64,000 nt of DNA from Actinomycetota bacterium (GCA_041917435.1 JAYRXR010000207.1:1-64000), one strand, 5' to 3'; counted from the stretch's first letter, positions 25,848-35,569 are shown. Numbers and translations: made by a program. Notes: generated from the letters alone by a model not told the origin.

Positions 25848-28349
25848 ATGTCCCGAAAGAAACAGGAATCCGGTTCCCGCCGGGAATTTCTCAAAGGCGC
25901 GTCGGTGGCGGTCGGCGCGCTCGGGCTGTCGTTCGACGTCCGAACCGACGCCGCCGCCCCGAATGTCGCTCCGACGCCGGGTTCGGACGATTTCTCGAAA
26001 GCCTCCGCCGCGCTCCAGCCCGACGCCACCGTCAAAACGGCGTGTCAGTTCTGCAATTCCAACTGCGGATTGAACATCGAGAAGAAAGCCGGGCGGGTGA
26101 TCCGCGTTCATGGCTTTGCGGACGACCCGGTGCAGGCGGGCGAAATCTGCGTGAAGGCCGAGATGATGCCGCAACTGGTTTACAACCGGTTCCGGCTCAC
26201 GCATCCGCTCAAGCGGGTTGCGGGCGCGAAGGGTTCGCCCGATTCGAAGTTTGAAAAAATCTCGTGGGACGAGGCCCTCGGCCTCATCGCCGACAAATTT
26301 CTCGCGCTGCGCGACGCGGGCGAGGCGCACACCATCGTCAACCGGACGACCGGTCGGATGCTTCGGGGCACGGGTTCCGTCATCAACCGGTTCTTTTCCC
26401 TGCTCGGCAGCCCGAACGACACCGACGTGGGTCCGGTGTGCAACGACGCGGGCGGCAACGCGCTGGCGGCGACGTTCGGAATGGGAAATTTCACGAACGG
26501 CTACGGCGTGGACCAGATTACCGGCAAGGAAGACCTCGGGAGTTCGAAGTTTTATCTTTTCCTCGGCACGAATCAGGGCGAAACGCACCCGGTCACCTTT
26601 TCCCATCTTTTAAGAAGCCGTGAAAAGACGAAGGCGAAACTGGTGGTGGTCGATCCGCGCCTGACGCCCACCGGCGAAAAGGCCGACGAATGGCTCGCCA
26701 TCCGGCCCCATTCGGACATGGCGCTCGGGCTGGCGATGCTCCATCACGTCATTGAAAAAGGTCTTTACGACCGGGAATTCGTCGCGAAATGGACGGTGGG
26801 CTTTGATGAACTGAAAAAACATCTGCTTGAAAAGAAGTACACCCCGGAGTGGGCGGCGGGCGCGACCGACATTCCGGCGGCCAAAATCGTGGAACTGGCG
26901 GAGGGCTACGCGAAGGCGAAACCGGCGGCGATTTTCTGCAACGCCGGCATCTCCCATCAGATGAACGCCTTCCAGACTTATCGGGTGTTCGCGATGCTTG
27001 CGGCAGTCACCGGAAACGTCGGCAAACCGGGCGGCGGATGCAATTTCATGCACAACACCTGGCCCGGCGGACTGAACCTGCCCGCCACCACCGGTGAGAC
27101 ACCAAAACCGGCGCATCCCGCGCTGCCGGTCGGGCCGGACAATCTCGCCGAGGCGATTCTGACCGGAAAACCGTACCCCGTGCGGGCCTACGTGTCGTCG
27201 GGAAACCCGCTGATCGGCTCGGCGAACACCAACAAGGTCGCCGCCGCGCTCAAAAAGCTCGAATTTTACGTCTATACCGGCCTCGTGATGGAGGAAGCGG
27301 CCTTTTACGCCGACGTCATCCTTCCGGTCGCGAGCGGGCTGGAATTCGAAGGCGTCTACATGCGGCGCGACGACCGGGCGATCCGCTGGCAGAATCAGGC
27401 GGTCCCGCGGGTCGGCGAATCGAAGACCGACCCCGAAATCTGGATCGACCTCGCGCACGCGATGGCGAAAAAGGATCAAAAGCGGAAACCGTCCGACTGG
27501 ACCGACAACTTTCCACTCGCCTGGAAGGACTACAAACAGCTCTGGGACATCTTCGCCTCGCTCACGCCGGGCGTCGGCGGGATGACCCGCCAACGGCTGG
27601 CCGCGAGCGCGACGCCGCTGCGGTTTCCCTGTCCGGATGAAAAACATCCGGGCACGAGCACGATGTACCTCGATCATCCCGAATGGTACCGCGCGCTTGA
27701 ATCGTTGAATCCGGCCAACCGGGGCAAGCGGTTTCCGACGGCGAGCGGCAAGGTGGAACTGTTCACCCCGGCGCTCGACGCGAAACTGGCCGTCGCCGGA
27801 CATTCCGCGCTGCCGGTGTTCTATACCCATCCGGAGATCGCGGGCGACCAGCCGAGCGTCGTTTTTACGAATGAACTCGTCGCCAACCCGGTGAATCCGC
27901 AGGCATTTACGTCAAAGGTCAATATCGGTGTGAAATCCGGTTTCAAGGAACGGGCGGCGTTTCCGCTGACCGGCATCGTCGGGCGGGCGAGCGTCGTGCA
28001 TTTCGCGGGCGTGACCCAGTGGACCTACCTCGGGAAGCAGTTGAACGGGGTCCGGCTGGTTCAGATTCACCCGAAAACGGCGGCGGCGGCGGGCATTTCC
28101 GACGGCGAAACGGTCGTGGTGGAGAGTCCGCGCGGGGCGATTACCGGCACGGCGCTGCTCTGGAAGGGTATTCGCGAGGATTCGGTGTTCGTCCAGAATT
28201 CGTTCGGCCCGGCGCAGGCGGCGGGGGATGAATTCGGCGTTCCGCGCTACGCGGCGGCGAACGTCCTGCTCGACGACGCCAATTACGACAATCTTTCGGG
28301 GCAGCAGGCGTACAAGTGCTTCGCCTGCCGGGTCAAACCGGCAAAGTAG
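25848..28349 (+). CDS. TAT-exported molybdopterin (bis-MGD) oxidoreductase catalytic subunit
   Basis: Twin-arginine motif SRREFLKG and an N-terminal 4Fe-4S motif CQFCNSNCG. The protein has the MopB superfamily length and a C-terminal MGD-binding barrel. Confidence 0.75.
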   Translation: MSRKKQESGSRREFLKGASVAVGALGLSFDVRTDAAAPNVAPTPGSDDFSKASAALQPDATVKTACQFCNSNCGLNIEKKAGRVIRVHGFADDPVQAGEICVKAEMMPQLVYNRFRLTHPLKRVAGAKGSPDSKFEKISWDEALGLIADKFLALRDAGEAHTIVNRTTGRMLRGTGSVINRFFSLLGSPNDTDVGPVCNDAGGNALAATFGMGNFTNGYGVDQITGKEDLGSSKFYLFLGTNQGETHPVTFSHLLRSREKTKAKLVVVDPRLTPTGEKADEWLAIRPHSDMALGLAMLHHVIEKGLYDREFVAKWTVGFDELKKHLLEKKYTPEWAAGATDIPAAKIVELAEGYAKAKPAAIFCNAGISHQMNAFQTYRVFAMLAAVTGNVGKPGGGCNFMHNTWPGGLNLPATTGETPKPAHPALPVGPDNLAEAILTGKPYPVRAYVSSGNPLIGSANTNKVAAALKKLEFYVYTGLVMEEAAFYADVILPVASGLEFEGVYMRRDDRAIRWQNQAVPRVGESKTDPEIWIDLAHAMAKKDQKRKPSDWTDNFPLAWKDYKQLWDIFASLTPGVGGMTRQRLAASATPLRFPCPDEKHPGTSTMYLDHPEWYRALESLNPANRGKRFPTASGKVELFTPALDAKLAVAGHSALPVFYTHPEIAGDQPSVVFTNELVANPVNPQAFTSKVNIGVKSGFKERAAFPLTGIVGRASVVHFAGVTQWTYLGKQLNGVRLVQIHPKTAAAAGISDGETVVVESPRGAITGTALLWKGIREDSVFVQNSFGPAQAAGDEFGVPRYAAANVLLDDANYDNLSGQQAYKCFACRVKPAK

Positions 28350-28373
28350 GAAAAGCGAAAAGGAAGAACACGG

Positions 28374-28811
28374 ATGAGTGAACGGATTTTTCCCGCCGAC
28401 CTGACGGCGGAGTTTCTGAATTCCTTCAGCAAGGGGCTGACCCGCCATCTCGGCATCGAGTATCTCGAAGTCGGCCCCGATTTTCTGACCGCGCGGATGC
28501 CGGTGGACGATCGCACCCGTCAGCCCTACGGCATTTTGCACGGCGGCGCGTCGGTGGTTCTGGCGGAATCGCTCGGCAGCGTGGCGGCTCATATTGTTGC
28601 CGGAGGAAACAAGGCCACGGTCGGACTTGAAATCAATGCCAACCACGTTCGCGCCGTACGCGAAGGATATGTCATCGGAACGGTGACGCCGCTTCACATC
28701 GGCGGGCGGACGCACGTCTGGGAGATCAAAATCAGGTCGGAGGATGGGAAACTCGTGTGCGTGAGCCGGCTGACCGTGGCAGTGCTGGACTCAGCGCCGG
28801 GGAAGTCGTAA
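28374..28811 (+). CDS. PaaI-family hotdog thioesterase
   Basis: Contains the motif ILHGGASVVLAESLGS. Confidence 0.7.
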   Translation: MSERIFPADLTAEFLNSFSKGLTRHLGIEYLEVGPDFLTARMPVDDRTRQPYGILHGGASVVLAESLGSVAAHIVAGGNKATVGLEINANHVRAVREGYVIGTVTPLHIGGRTHVWEIKIRSEDGKLVCVSRLTVAVLDSAPGKS

Positions 28812-29000
28812 CACGTTTCTCCGGAAGGCGTTGGCTTCGCTCGCACCGGTCGTGAAAAACAGGGCGCTCAGGCTGGAAAAAAATTTTCCGACTCCGGAAT
28901 TTCGCTCGGGTAAATTGCCAAACCCGACTCTTTTTGCAATACTCGACGGCAAGTAAATTTCATTACTGGAATGCCATCAGCCTTTTTTCGAGGTGAAGGA

Positions 29001-29330
29001 ATGAGTGTTGCCCCCGAACAAGGGTCTAATTTGAAGCCGCTTCCCCCGGACGCGCCCCTGTCCCGGATTGATCAGGTCGTGGTGCGCGACATCGCCGGAG
29101 AAACGCTGCTCATTCCCATCCGCAGCAACGTGGCCCAACTCGAATCGGTTTTCGTCCTGAACGATACCGGCAAATTCATCTGGGAAAATATCGACGGGAC
29201 CAATTCGGTTCACGGAATCGTAACCCTGATGTGCGACACATTCGAGGTCGCTGACGAGGAAGCGGAAGCCGACGTCGCCGAGTTCGTCGGATTGCTGGCC
29301 TCCGCCGGGCTGGTCACCGCAACAGTCTGA
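29001..29330 (+). CDS. PqqD-family peptide chaperone (RRE)
   Basis: AGGTGAAGGA RBS before ATG 29001. The ~110-aa protein has the PqqD pattern (LNDTGKFIWENIDG...VADEEAE..DVAEFV). Confidence 0.55.
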   Translation: MSVAPEQGSNLKPLPPDAPLSRIDQVVVRDIAGETLLIPIRSNVAQLESVFVLNDTGKFIWENIDGTNSVHGIVTLMCDTFEVADEEAEADVAEFVGLLASAGLVTATV

Positions 29331-29352
29331 TTCCGAAATAGTTTACGCTCCT

Positions 29353-30642
29353 ATGATTCCTCAGATCGGATACAACGAGTTCAGTCAGCGTTTGCATGGG
29401 TCGGTCTTCACCCATCGCGCGCCCCTCGACGTCACGTTCGAGATGACGCGCCGCTGCCCGTTGACCTGTCTGCACTGCTACAACAACCTGCCGATGAACG
29501 ACCCGGCGCGCCGAAACGAACTGACGCTCAACGAATACAAGCGGCTGTTCGATGAATTCGCCGAACTCGGGACCCTGTGGCTCTTGTTCACCGGCGGCGA
29601 GATTTTCGCCCGGCCGGATTTCCTCGACATCTACACCGAAGCCAAAAAACGCGGCTTCCTGATCACCCTGTTCACCAACGGAACGCTGATCAACGAGAAA
29701 ATCGCCGACCATCTGGCCGAATACAAACCGTTCGCGATTGAAATCACACTCTACGGGCACACGCGCGAGACGTACGAAAAGCTGACCCGGATTCCCGGTT
29801 CCTTCGACCGCTGCCATCGGGGCATTCAACTGTTGCTTGAGCGGGGGCTTCCCCTCACGCTGAAGACCGTCGGGACGACCATCACGAAGGACGAAATTTA
29901 TGAAATGCGGGCCTTCGCGGAAAATCTCGGTCTCGATTTCAAGTTCGACAGCATGATGAATCCCCGGATCGACTGCTCGCAGAGTCCGCTCGACGTGCGG
30001 CTGACGCCCGAGGAGGTCGTCGAACTCGATCTGAAGGACGCCCGGCGGATGCCCGAATGGGATCAGCTTTTCAGCCGCTACCGGGCGGCGCTGTCGAACC
30101 CGCTGGTCAGCGAAACAGTGTATTCCTGCGGGGGCGGCATTGCCTCGTGCGCGGTCAGTCCGTACGGCGAGATGACCATCTGCGTCTTGTCGCAGGTTGA
30201 CCGGTTCGACCTGCGAAACGGTCCGGCCCGCGAAGGCTGGGAGCATTTTCTCAGGGAAGTCCGGATGCTCCAGCGGACCCAGCCGGTCAAGTGCAACAGT
30301 TGTGAAATCCGTTCGATGTGTTCGGGATGCGCCGCGATGAGCGAGCTTGAATACGGCGACAAGGAGGTTCCGGTCGATTTTTTCTGCCGAACGAACCACC
30401 TGCGCGCCTATCTGCTCGGTCTGGACTTGAAACCGAACCCCTTGTGCGAATACCGTCCGGGGAGCGAACGTTACGAAGAAATACAAACTTCGGTGGCGGA
30501 ATTGCGTCGTAAGGCTGAAGAATACGGCCACTGGACGCCCCCGACGACGAACGGACGTAGTTTACCGGTTTTTCAAACCCCGCCGTCACCATCCGATGAT
30601 TTCTGCAACGGTTTCAATCGTTATGCCGTTGCCGAAGGATAA
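29353..30642 (+). CDS. radical SAM/SPASM-domain peptide maturase
   Basis: CPLTCLHC (CX3CX2C) and a C-terminal SPASM 7-Cys region (CGGGIASC...C...CNSCEIRSMCSGC) are present. A ~90-aa tail follows the SPASM region. Confidence 0.8.
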   Translation: MIPQIGYNEFSQRLHGSVFTHRAPLDVTFEMTRRCPLTCLHCYNNLPMNDPARRNELTLNEYKRLFDEFAELGTLWLLFTGGEIFARPDFLDIYTEAKKRGFLITLFTNGTLINEKIADHLAEYKPFAIEITLYGHTRETYEKLTRIPGSFDRCHRGIQLLLERGLPLTLKTVGTTITKDEIYEMRAFAENLGLDFKFDSMMNPRIDCSQSPLDVRLTPEEVVELDLKDARRMPEWDQLFSRYRAALSNPLVSETVYSCGGGIASCAVSPYGEMTICVLSQVDRFDLRNGPAREGWEHFLREVRMLQRTQPVKCNSCEIRSMCSGCAAMSELEYGDKEVPVDFFCRTNHLRAYLLGLDLKPNPLCEYRPGSERYEEIQTSVAELRRKAEEYGHWTPPTTNGRSLPVFQTPPSPSDDFCNGFNRYAVAEG

Positions 30643-30704
30643 TCATTCAATTTCGTTTTAGTACCTCTGACGAAATTCACTATCGAATCGAAAGAGAGTT
30701 TGCC

Positions 30705-30902
30705 GTGAACAACCAGAAGAACCACAGCAGCGCCAATTCCGAAACCTCCCAGTCGGTGAAGCGGACCTACCGCAAGCCCCGGATTGAATCGGTTGAAATG
30801 CGTCCGAATGAGGCGTTGCTCGGCGCCTGCAAGACTTCGAGTTCCGCCGGCCCGGCGTCGCCGTCGTGCAGTACCTTGAGCTGCTCCTCGCTCGGCTCGT
30901 AA
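30705..30902 (+). CDS. putative RiPP precursor peptide (Cys/Ser/Thr-rich core)
   Basis: GTG start with an AAAGAGAG RBS 6 nt upstream. The 65-aa protein has a charged leader (KRTYRKPRIESVEMRPNEALLG) and a core ACKTSSSAGPASPSCSTLSCSSLGS. It lies between the maturase and kinase genes. Confidence 0.45.
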   Translation: MNNQKNHSSANSETSQSVKRTYRKPRIESVEMRPNEALLGACKTSSSAGPASPSCSTLSCSSLGS

Positions 30903-30918
30903 CCGCTTGCCGGAAGTG

Positions 30919-31857
30919 ATGCTCATGAACGCAGCGTCGGCGACCGCCGAATCTGAAAACCCTTCGTCCCCGACCCGAACGCTTTCACTCGGCGGTTTGA
31001 CCATTCGCCTGATCGGGTCGGGCGCGTCCGCTCCCCTGATTGAGCCGGTTTCCCGGCGTTTTCTGGTGGATTCGGACGAAAAACCGGCTATCGCGCTCGA
31101 AATCGGCGAGGGCGATCCGGCGGAATTCGAGAGTCTGGCTCGTCAAAAGCCTTTTTTCGATTCCGGCGGGACGTGGAAGCTCTATCGGAAAGACGGAAAG
31201 CTCGTCTACGCCGTCACGGTTCCGATTTTCGGTGATATTCCCTACCGTTTTCTCGAAGTCGCCGACGATTTCTCATCGGGTCGGCTGCTGATCAATCCGA
31301 AGGCCGGAGTTCCCGACCACTGCCTTTTCCCGCTCGCCTTCCCCCTCGACGAACTTCTCATCGCGAATCTGCTGACCCTCCCCGGAAACGAAGGGGTACT
31401 GCTCCATGCCTGCGCGGTGACCGACCCGGACGGAAACGCTTTCGTCTTCGTCGGACAATCCGGGGATGGAAAATCCACCACCGCCCGGCTCTGGGCCGCG
31501 CGCGCGGGGATGACCATTCTGACGGACGAACGGGTCATCATCCGTCGTCACGACGACGGGTTTTATGTGTACGGCACGCCCTGGCACGGCGACCAGCTCG
31601 CCGCCGTGGCCGACCGGGCCAAAATTTCCGGTCTGTTCATTCTCCGCAAGGGTCAGGCCAACGCCGTCACTGAAACCCGGCCCAGCCTTGCGTCCGCGCT
31701 CCTGTTCGCGCGGTGTTTCCCGCCGCTTCACTCTCCGGAAAGTCTTTCCGCGACGGCGGCTCTTCTTGAATCCCTCGTCACCAACGTTTCCTGTCGGGAA
31801 CTTCATTTCCTTCCGGACAACTCCGCCGTGGATTTCGTCCGCGGGCTTTTCGCCTGA
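30919..31857 (+). CDS. HPr kinase C-terminal-domain-like P-loop protein (HprK-related kinase)
   Basis: P-loop GQSGDGKST in an HprK_C-like context (LLHACAV...G.AFVFVG.SG.GKST). Confidence 0.6.
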   Translation: MLMNAASATAESENPSSPTRTLSLGGLTIRLIGSGASAPLIEPVSRRFLVDSDEKPAIALEIGEGDPAEFESLARQKPFFDSGGTWKLYRKDGKLVYAVTVPIFGDIPYRFLEVADDFSSGRLLINPKAGVPDHCLFPLAFPLDELLIANLLTLPGNEGVLLHACAVTDPDGNAFVFVGQSGDGKSTTARLWAARAGMTILTDERVIIRRHDDGFYVYGTPWHGDQLAAVADRAKISGLFILRKGQANAVTETRPSLASALLFARCFPPLHSPESLSATAALLESLVTNVSCRELHFLPDNSAVDFVRGLFA

Positions 31858-31863
31858 CGCGCC

Positions 31864-32283
31864 ATGAAATCGGCGTTCGGCAGTTTCGGGGAAAATCTCG
31901 GCGGTGTTTTTCCGAGGGTCGCCATGGAACTGCTCCGGGAAGGCCGGGCAATCCGTTTTCGGGCGGTTGGATGGAGCATGCACCCGGCCATCGAGGATGG
32001 TGAAACCATTTCGGTTCATCCAATCTCCCCGATGGACCTGAATGTCGGGGATGTCGCCCTTTTCCACATTGAAGACCGGTTGATCGCCCACCGGGTTCTC
32101 CGGTGTCCCTCCCCCGAAAACCCGAATTTTTTGTTGCGGGGGGACGCAATGGCGGAAGGCGAATCCGTAACCGGGGATCAAATTCTCGGAATTGTCCCGG
32201 ACCGGTCACTCGCGCCCCGTCAGGCTGCGGCCAAACGGCTGGTTCATCGGCTCAAACGACGGCTTTTCCCCAAAAAACCGTAA
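31864..32283 (+). CDS. S24/S26 (LexA/signal-peptidase fold) peptidase
   Basis: GWSMHPAIEDGETISV matches the G-SM-P-DGD-V Ser nucleophile region. The ORF is 139 aa. Confidence 0.5.
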   Translation: MKSAFGSFGENLGGVFPRVAMELLREGRAIRFRAVGWSMHPAIEDGETISVHPISPMDLNVGDVALFHIEDRLIAHRVLRCPSPENPNFLLRGDAMAEGESVTGDQILGIVPDRSLAPRQAAAKRLVHRLKRRLFPKKP

Positions 32284-32309
32284 AAATCGGCCCTGCCCGA
32301 TCCGGCGAA

Positions 32310-33500
32310 TTACTTCCGGACAATCGCGCACCCAAGCGCCGGGCGGCAGCCATCCGTGATGGTTTGGCCAGCCAGTACGGCGTCGAGCGCAAGCTGGAGC
32401 GACCGGTGCGTCACCCGATCCGCGTGGTACGTGTTGTCGTCAATCCTTCCGTGATAACGAAGAAATCCTTTTGAATCAATAAGGTATGACTCCGTCATAC
32501 ACATCGAGTTGAGTGTGTCGGCAACCGCGTGCCCGGTATCCACCGCAATCGGGAAATTGAAGGGCCGCGCCTGCTGTCGATTCCGGATTTCCTGGGGGGG
32601 TTCGTTGGCGTTCGGATTGAAACCGATGAAAACGACGCCCTTTTCACCATAGATTTTGGCCAGATCGTTTAACCGCGCCCGGTACGCCTCGACGCAGGGA
32701 CAACGCGTGCCGACCGTCACCAGAACGACCGGTTTCCCTTTGTAATCCGAGAGTTTATGAACTTTCCCGTCCAGGTCGGTCAGGGAAAGGGCCGGCGCGG
32801 GTTCGTTCAACCCGACCGCCGCTTCGTCGGCGGATTGCGCGTGGCCGGCGTGTTCGAAATCGTCGCCGACCGTTCTCCCGCTGAGCAGATCGAAACCGAA
32901 CGCCCCCGCGCCGAAAATCGAGCTGACGAACAATCCGAGAATACAACCGGCCACGGCGGCGGTCCGGACGGTTTTCGGACCGAAAACGGCCGGGAACGCC
33001 TGCTGGGCGGTCAGAATCGGCAGCCCGCCGAAGCCGAAACAGGCCATGGCAATCGCGCCCTGCTTCACTTCCCACGTCGTGAACGCCAGAACGAAAACCG
33101 CCAGAACCAGAATATTCGGGTGAAGTATCGAAAACGCCCCGCGCAGGAACAAACCGCCGGCACTCTCGGCGTTCAGCAGGATTCCCGTCAGTTTCTTCGA
33201 CCATTCAGGCTCGAACGTATCGGCCTTGGAACGAAAAAGCCTGACCGGGAGCGCAATCGCGGCAAACGCCACGACCACGCAGGGGATAAAGAAAACGTAC
33301 CTTCCCCAGCCGATGAGATAGGCGGCTTCGATAAACCAGAGACCGAGTTGACCGGCAAACGCGCCGAGCGCGGCCAGTCCGGCGACGCGTCCGAGACCGA
33401 ACGTCATCAGTTTGGAGGGATCGAACCGGTCCAGCCGGGCCGTCCGCATGCGTAACCGTTCGATGATGCCGAGCAGAAAGGCGGCAATCAGAAAAACCAT
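32310..33500 (-). CDS. MauE/DoxX-type membrane domain fused to thioredoxin-like (TlpA/redoxin) domain
   Basis: The N-terminal ~200 aa is polytopic membrane. The C-terminus has a thioredoxin fold with the motif TRCPCV. Confidence 0.6.
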   Translation of the reverse strand: MVFLIAAFLLGIIERLRMRTARLDRFDPSKLMTFGLGRVAGLAALGAFAGQLGLWFIEAAYLIGWGRYVFFIPCVVVAFAAIALPVRLFRSKADTFEPEWSKKLTGILLNAESAGGLFLRGAFSILHPNILVLAVFVLAFTTWEVKQGAIAMACFGFGGLPILTAQQAFPAVFGPKTVRTAAVAGCILGLFVSSIFGAGAFGFDLLSGRTVGDDFEHAGHAQSADEAAVGLNEPAPALSLTDLDGKVHKLSDYKGKPVVLVTVGTRCPCVEAYRARLNDLAKIYGEKGVVFIGFNPNANEPPQEIRNRQQARPFNFPIAVDTGHAVADTLNSMCMTESYLIDSKGFLRYHGRIDDNTYHADRVTHRSLQLALDAVLAGQTITDGCRPALGCAIVRK

Positions 33501-33586
33501 GCAAAACTCCTTTTTTCAGTAGCCAGTCGCCAGTGGTCAGCCGCCAGTGAATGAAGCCGGACGGAAGACCACGAGTTTGAACTGAT

Positions 33587-34030
33587 TCAGGAGACGGATG
33601 GCGGCGCGCGCGGGCAAATTGAAGTCGGCCAGAGGGAAAGAGACGCCGGGAGCCTCCGGAAACACCCCACCGTGGCGGTAAATTCCCCTTGATTCGTAAA
33701 ATCCGAGGGCGTTATCAGACCATCGTTTCTAAAAACGAAGGCCGAGGCCGGGGCAGGACAACCGCAGGCGGCTTCAATCTCGAATCCGACGACCCGGCGG
33801 ACACCCGGTGGGACGTCGTGACGCGCCTCGGCTGGTGGATGGTCGCAAAGCTCCCCCCGCGCCCGGTTCACACAACAGGACGTCCCCATCGAACAGGTTT
33901 TCGAGAAACGATCCGCCCGGTCCGCGCCCACGCCGAGCGCCAGAAAAAGTCCGACGAGTGAAAAAATGCCCGTCAGGACGACCAGCCTCACGGCGGCTCG
34001 ATGGGAATGTTTGTGACCGGGAAAATTCAT
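33587..34030 (-). CDS. hypothetical Cys/His-rich membrane-anchored protein
   Basis: Start at ATG 34028-34030. It has HKHSH, one TM helix and CSMGTSCC...C. The 3' third has weak coding character. Confidence 0.25.
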   Translation of the reverse strand: MNFPGHKHSHRAAVRLVVLTGIFSLVGLFLALGVGADRADRFSKTCSMGTSCCVNRARGELCDHPPAEARHDVPPGVRRVVGFEIEAACGCPAPASAFVFRNDGLITPSDFTNQGEFTATVGCFRRLPASLSLWPTSICPRAPPSVS

Positions 34031-34115
34031 GGGAACGATCGGCGAGCGTGCGAAATCGGACCAACGCGACACCATACACCCGTCGGCGGGAGCCGTCGAT
34101 GCGGAGCGGCGCGTT

Positions 34116-34763
34116 TTAATCGCCGCTTCTCAAATCGAGGTGAATCAGTCCGCGCTGAAGGCCGAGGAGTACGGCCTGGGTCCGGTCGGCGGCGTGGAGT
34201 TTGTCGAGAATGGTGCTGACGTACCCCTTGACCGTTCCCTCGGTGAGCGAAAGTTCGTCGCCGATTTCACGATTGCTTCGGCCCCGGCTCATCAGCCGCA
34301 GTACGTCGAGTTCGCGCGGCGTGAGGTCGGTCATGAACGACCGTTGGGCCAGCCGTTCCGCCACCTCCGGCGCGAGCGGACGCCCGCCCGCGAGCACCGC
34401 CCGCATCGTGTCGGTCAGCGTTTTCGCCAGCGTATCCTTTAATAAATAGGTGCGCGCGCCGGCCTGAAGGGCCTGAAAAATATCTTCATCGCCGGCCATC
34501 GCGCTTAAAACGATGATTTTCGCGTCCGGAAATTCGGCCCGGATGACCTGTGTCGCCCGGACGCCGTCCATCACGGGCATGTTGATGTCGAGCACGACGA
34601 TGTCGGGCCGGTGGCGTCGAAATTCATCCACCGCCTGCTGGCCGTTGACGGCCTCGGCCACCACCAGAAAGTCTTTCTGGCGGGCAATGATGGCGATCAG
34701 CCCCTCGCGGACGATTTCGTGATCGTCGGCAACCAGTACCCTGACGCGGCCTTCGTCGCTCAT
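34116..34763 (-). CDS. NarL/FixJ-family response regulator (REC plus LuxR HTH)
   Basis: Acid pocket DD...D (VLVADDHEIVREG...VLDINMP) and C-terminal LuxR HTH (LTPRELDVLRLMSRGRSNREIGDELSLTEGTVKGYV). Confidence 0.8.
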   Translation of the reverse strand: MSDEGRVRVLVADDHEIVREGLIAIIARQKDFLVVAEAVNGQQAVDEFRRHRPDIVVLDINMPVMDGVRATQVIRAEFPDAKIIVLSAMAGDEDIFQALQAGARTYLLKDTLAKTLTDTMRAVLAGGRPLAPEVAERLAQRSFMTDLTPRELDVLRLMSRGRSNREIGDELSLTEGTVKGYVSTILDKLHAADRTQAVLLGLQRGLIHLDLRSGD

Positions 34764-35569
34764 GGACGCTCTCCCGAAGTGCGGTACGGCGAGTTGAAAT
34801 GCTGGAACACGAGCAGAATCAGAAGGATGACCAGAAACGCGCTCGCCCAGCCCATGGTTATTTCGCCGATTCGGAAGGTCATCGTCAAGTTGAAACCTAG
34901 AATTCCGAAATACAAACCGATGGGCGCGATGGATTTGAAGGGAAATTCAAAGCCGCCGACCGGCCATTTCGCGAGAAAAAACCGTTCCACCAGCAGAAAT
35001 GCCCGCGAAATGAACACGCTCAGCGAAAACCAGCCGATGTAGTTGGTGATGGTGACGCCGAAGTGCTGGCCGCCGTTCGGGTAGTAGTAAATTTTCCCCA
35101 GAAACCAGCGGTCGCCCTGAAGCGTGAGCGGGTCGATGACGATGTCGAGAAACGTCATGAGGATTCCCGCGTAAATCGTCGTCACCCAGGAACTTCGAAT
35201 CGCGGACGTTTCATCCACCGCGACGAAACCGGGCACGCCGTACCGGACCGGCGACCGCAAAATCACGGCCAGTTCGTAGCTCACATAAGCCAGAAACGCG
35301 AAGGAAAGCGAATCGAAAAACGGCACGCCCGCCACCCAGAGTTCAAGGTGACTGGTCTTGTCGATGTAGTAGTACAACCCGAATGGAAAGCCGTTATGCA
35401 CCGAACTCCACTCGCAGGCCCACGCGATGAGGTAGGCCATCACCGTGTAGACGAGCGTCCGCCGCCAGCCGATTTTCGAAAACGCCAGAAAGAGGTAGAC
35501 CACCAGAAACGCGAAAACGTAGGGCCGGTTGGTCAGCGTGCCGAGGAGCAGGCGGGGAATGTCGGTCAT
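34760..35569 (-). CDS. carotenoid-biosynthesis-type membrane protein (PF04240-like)
   Basis: Start at ATG 35567-35569. It is a polytopic membrane protein with a family resemblance to PF04240. It sits adjacent to the squalene-hopene cyclase gene. Confidence 0.45.
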   Translation of the reverse strand: MTDIPRLLLGTLTNRPYVFAFLVVYLFLAFSKIGWRRTLVYTVMAYLIAWACEWSSVHNGFPFGLYYYIDKTSHLELWVAGVPFFDSLSFAFLAYVSYELAVILRSPVRYGVPGFVAVDETSAIRSSWVTTIYAGILMTFLDIVIDPLTLQGDRWFLGKIYYYPNGGQHFGVTITNYIGWFSLSVFISRAFLLVERFFLAKWPVGGFEFPFKSIAPIGLYFGILGFNLTMTFRIGEITMGWASAFLVILLILLVFQHFNSPYRTSGERP

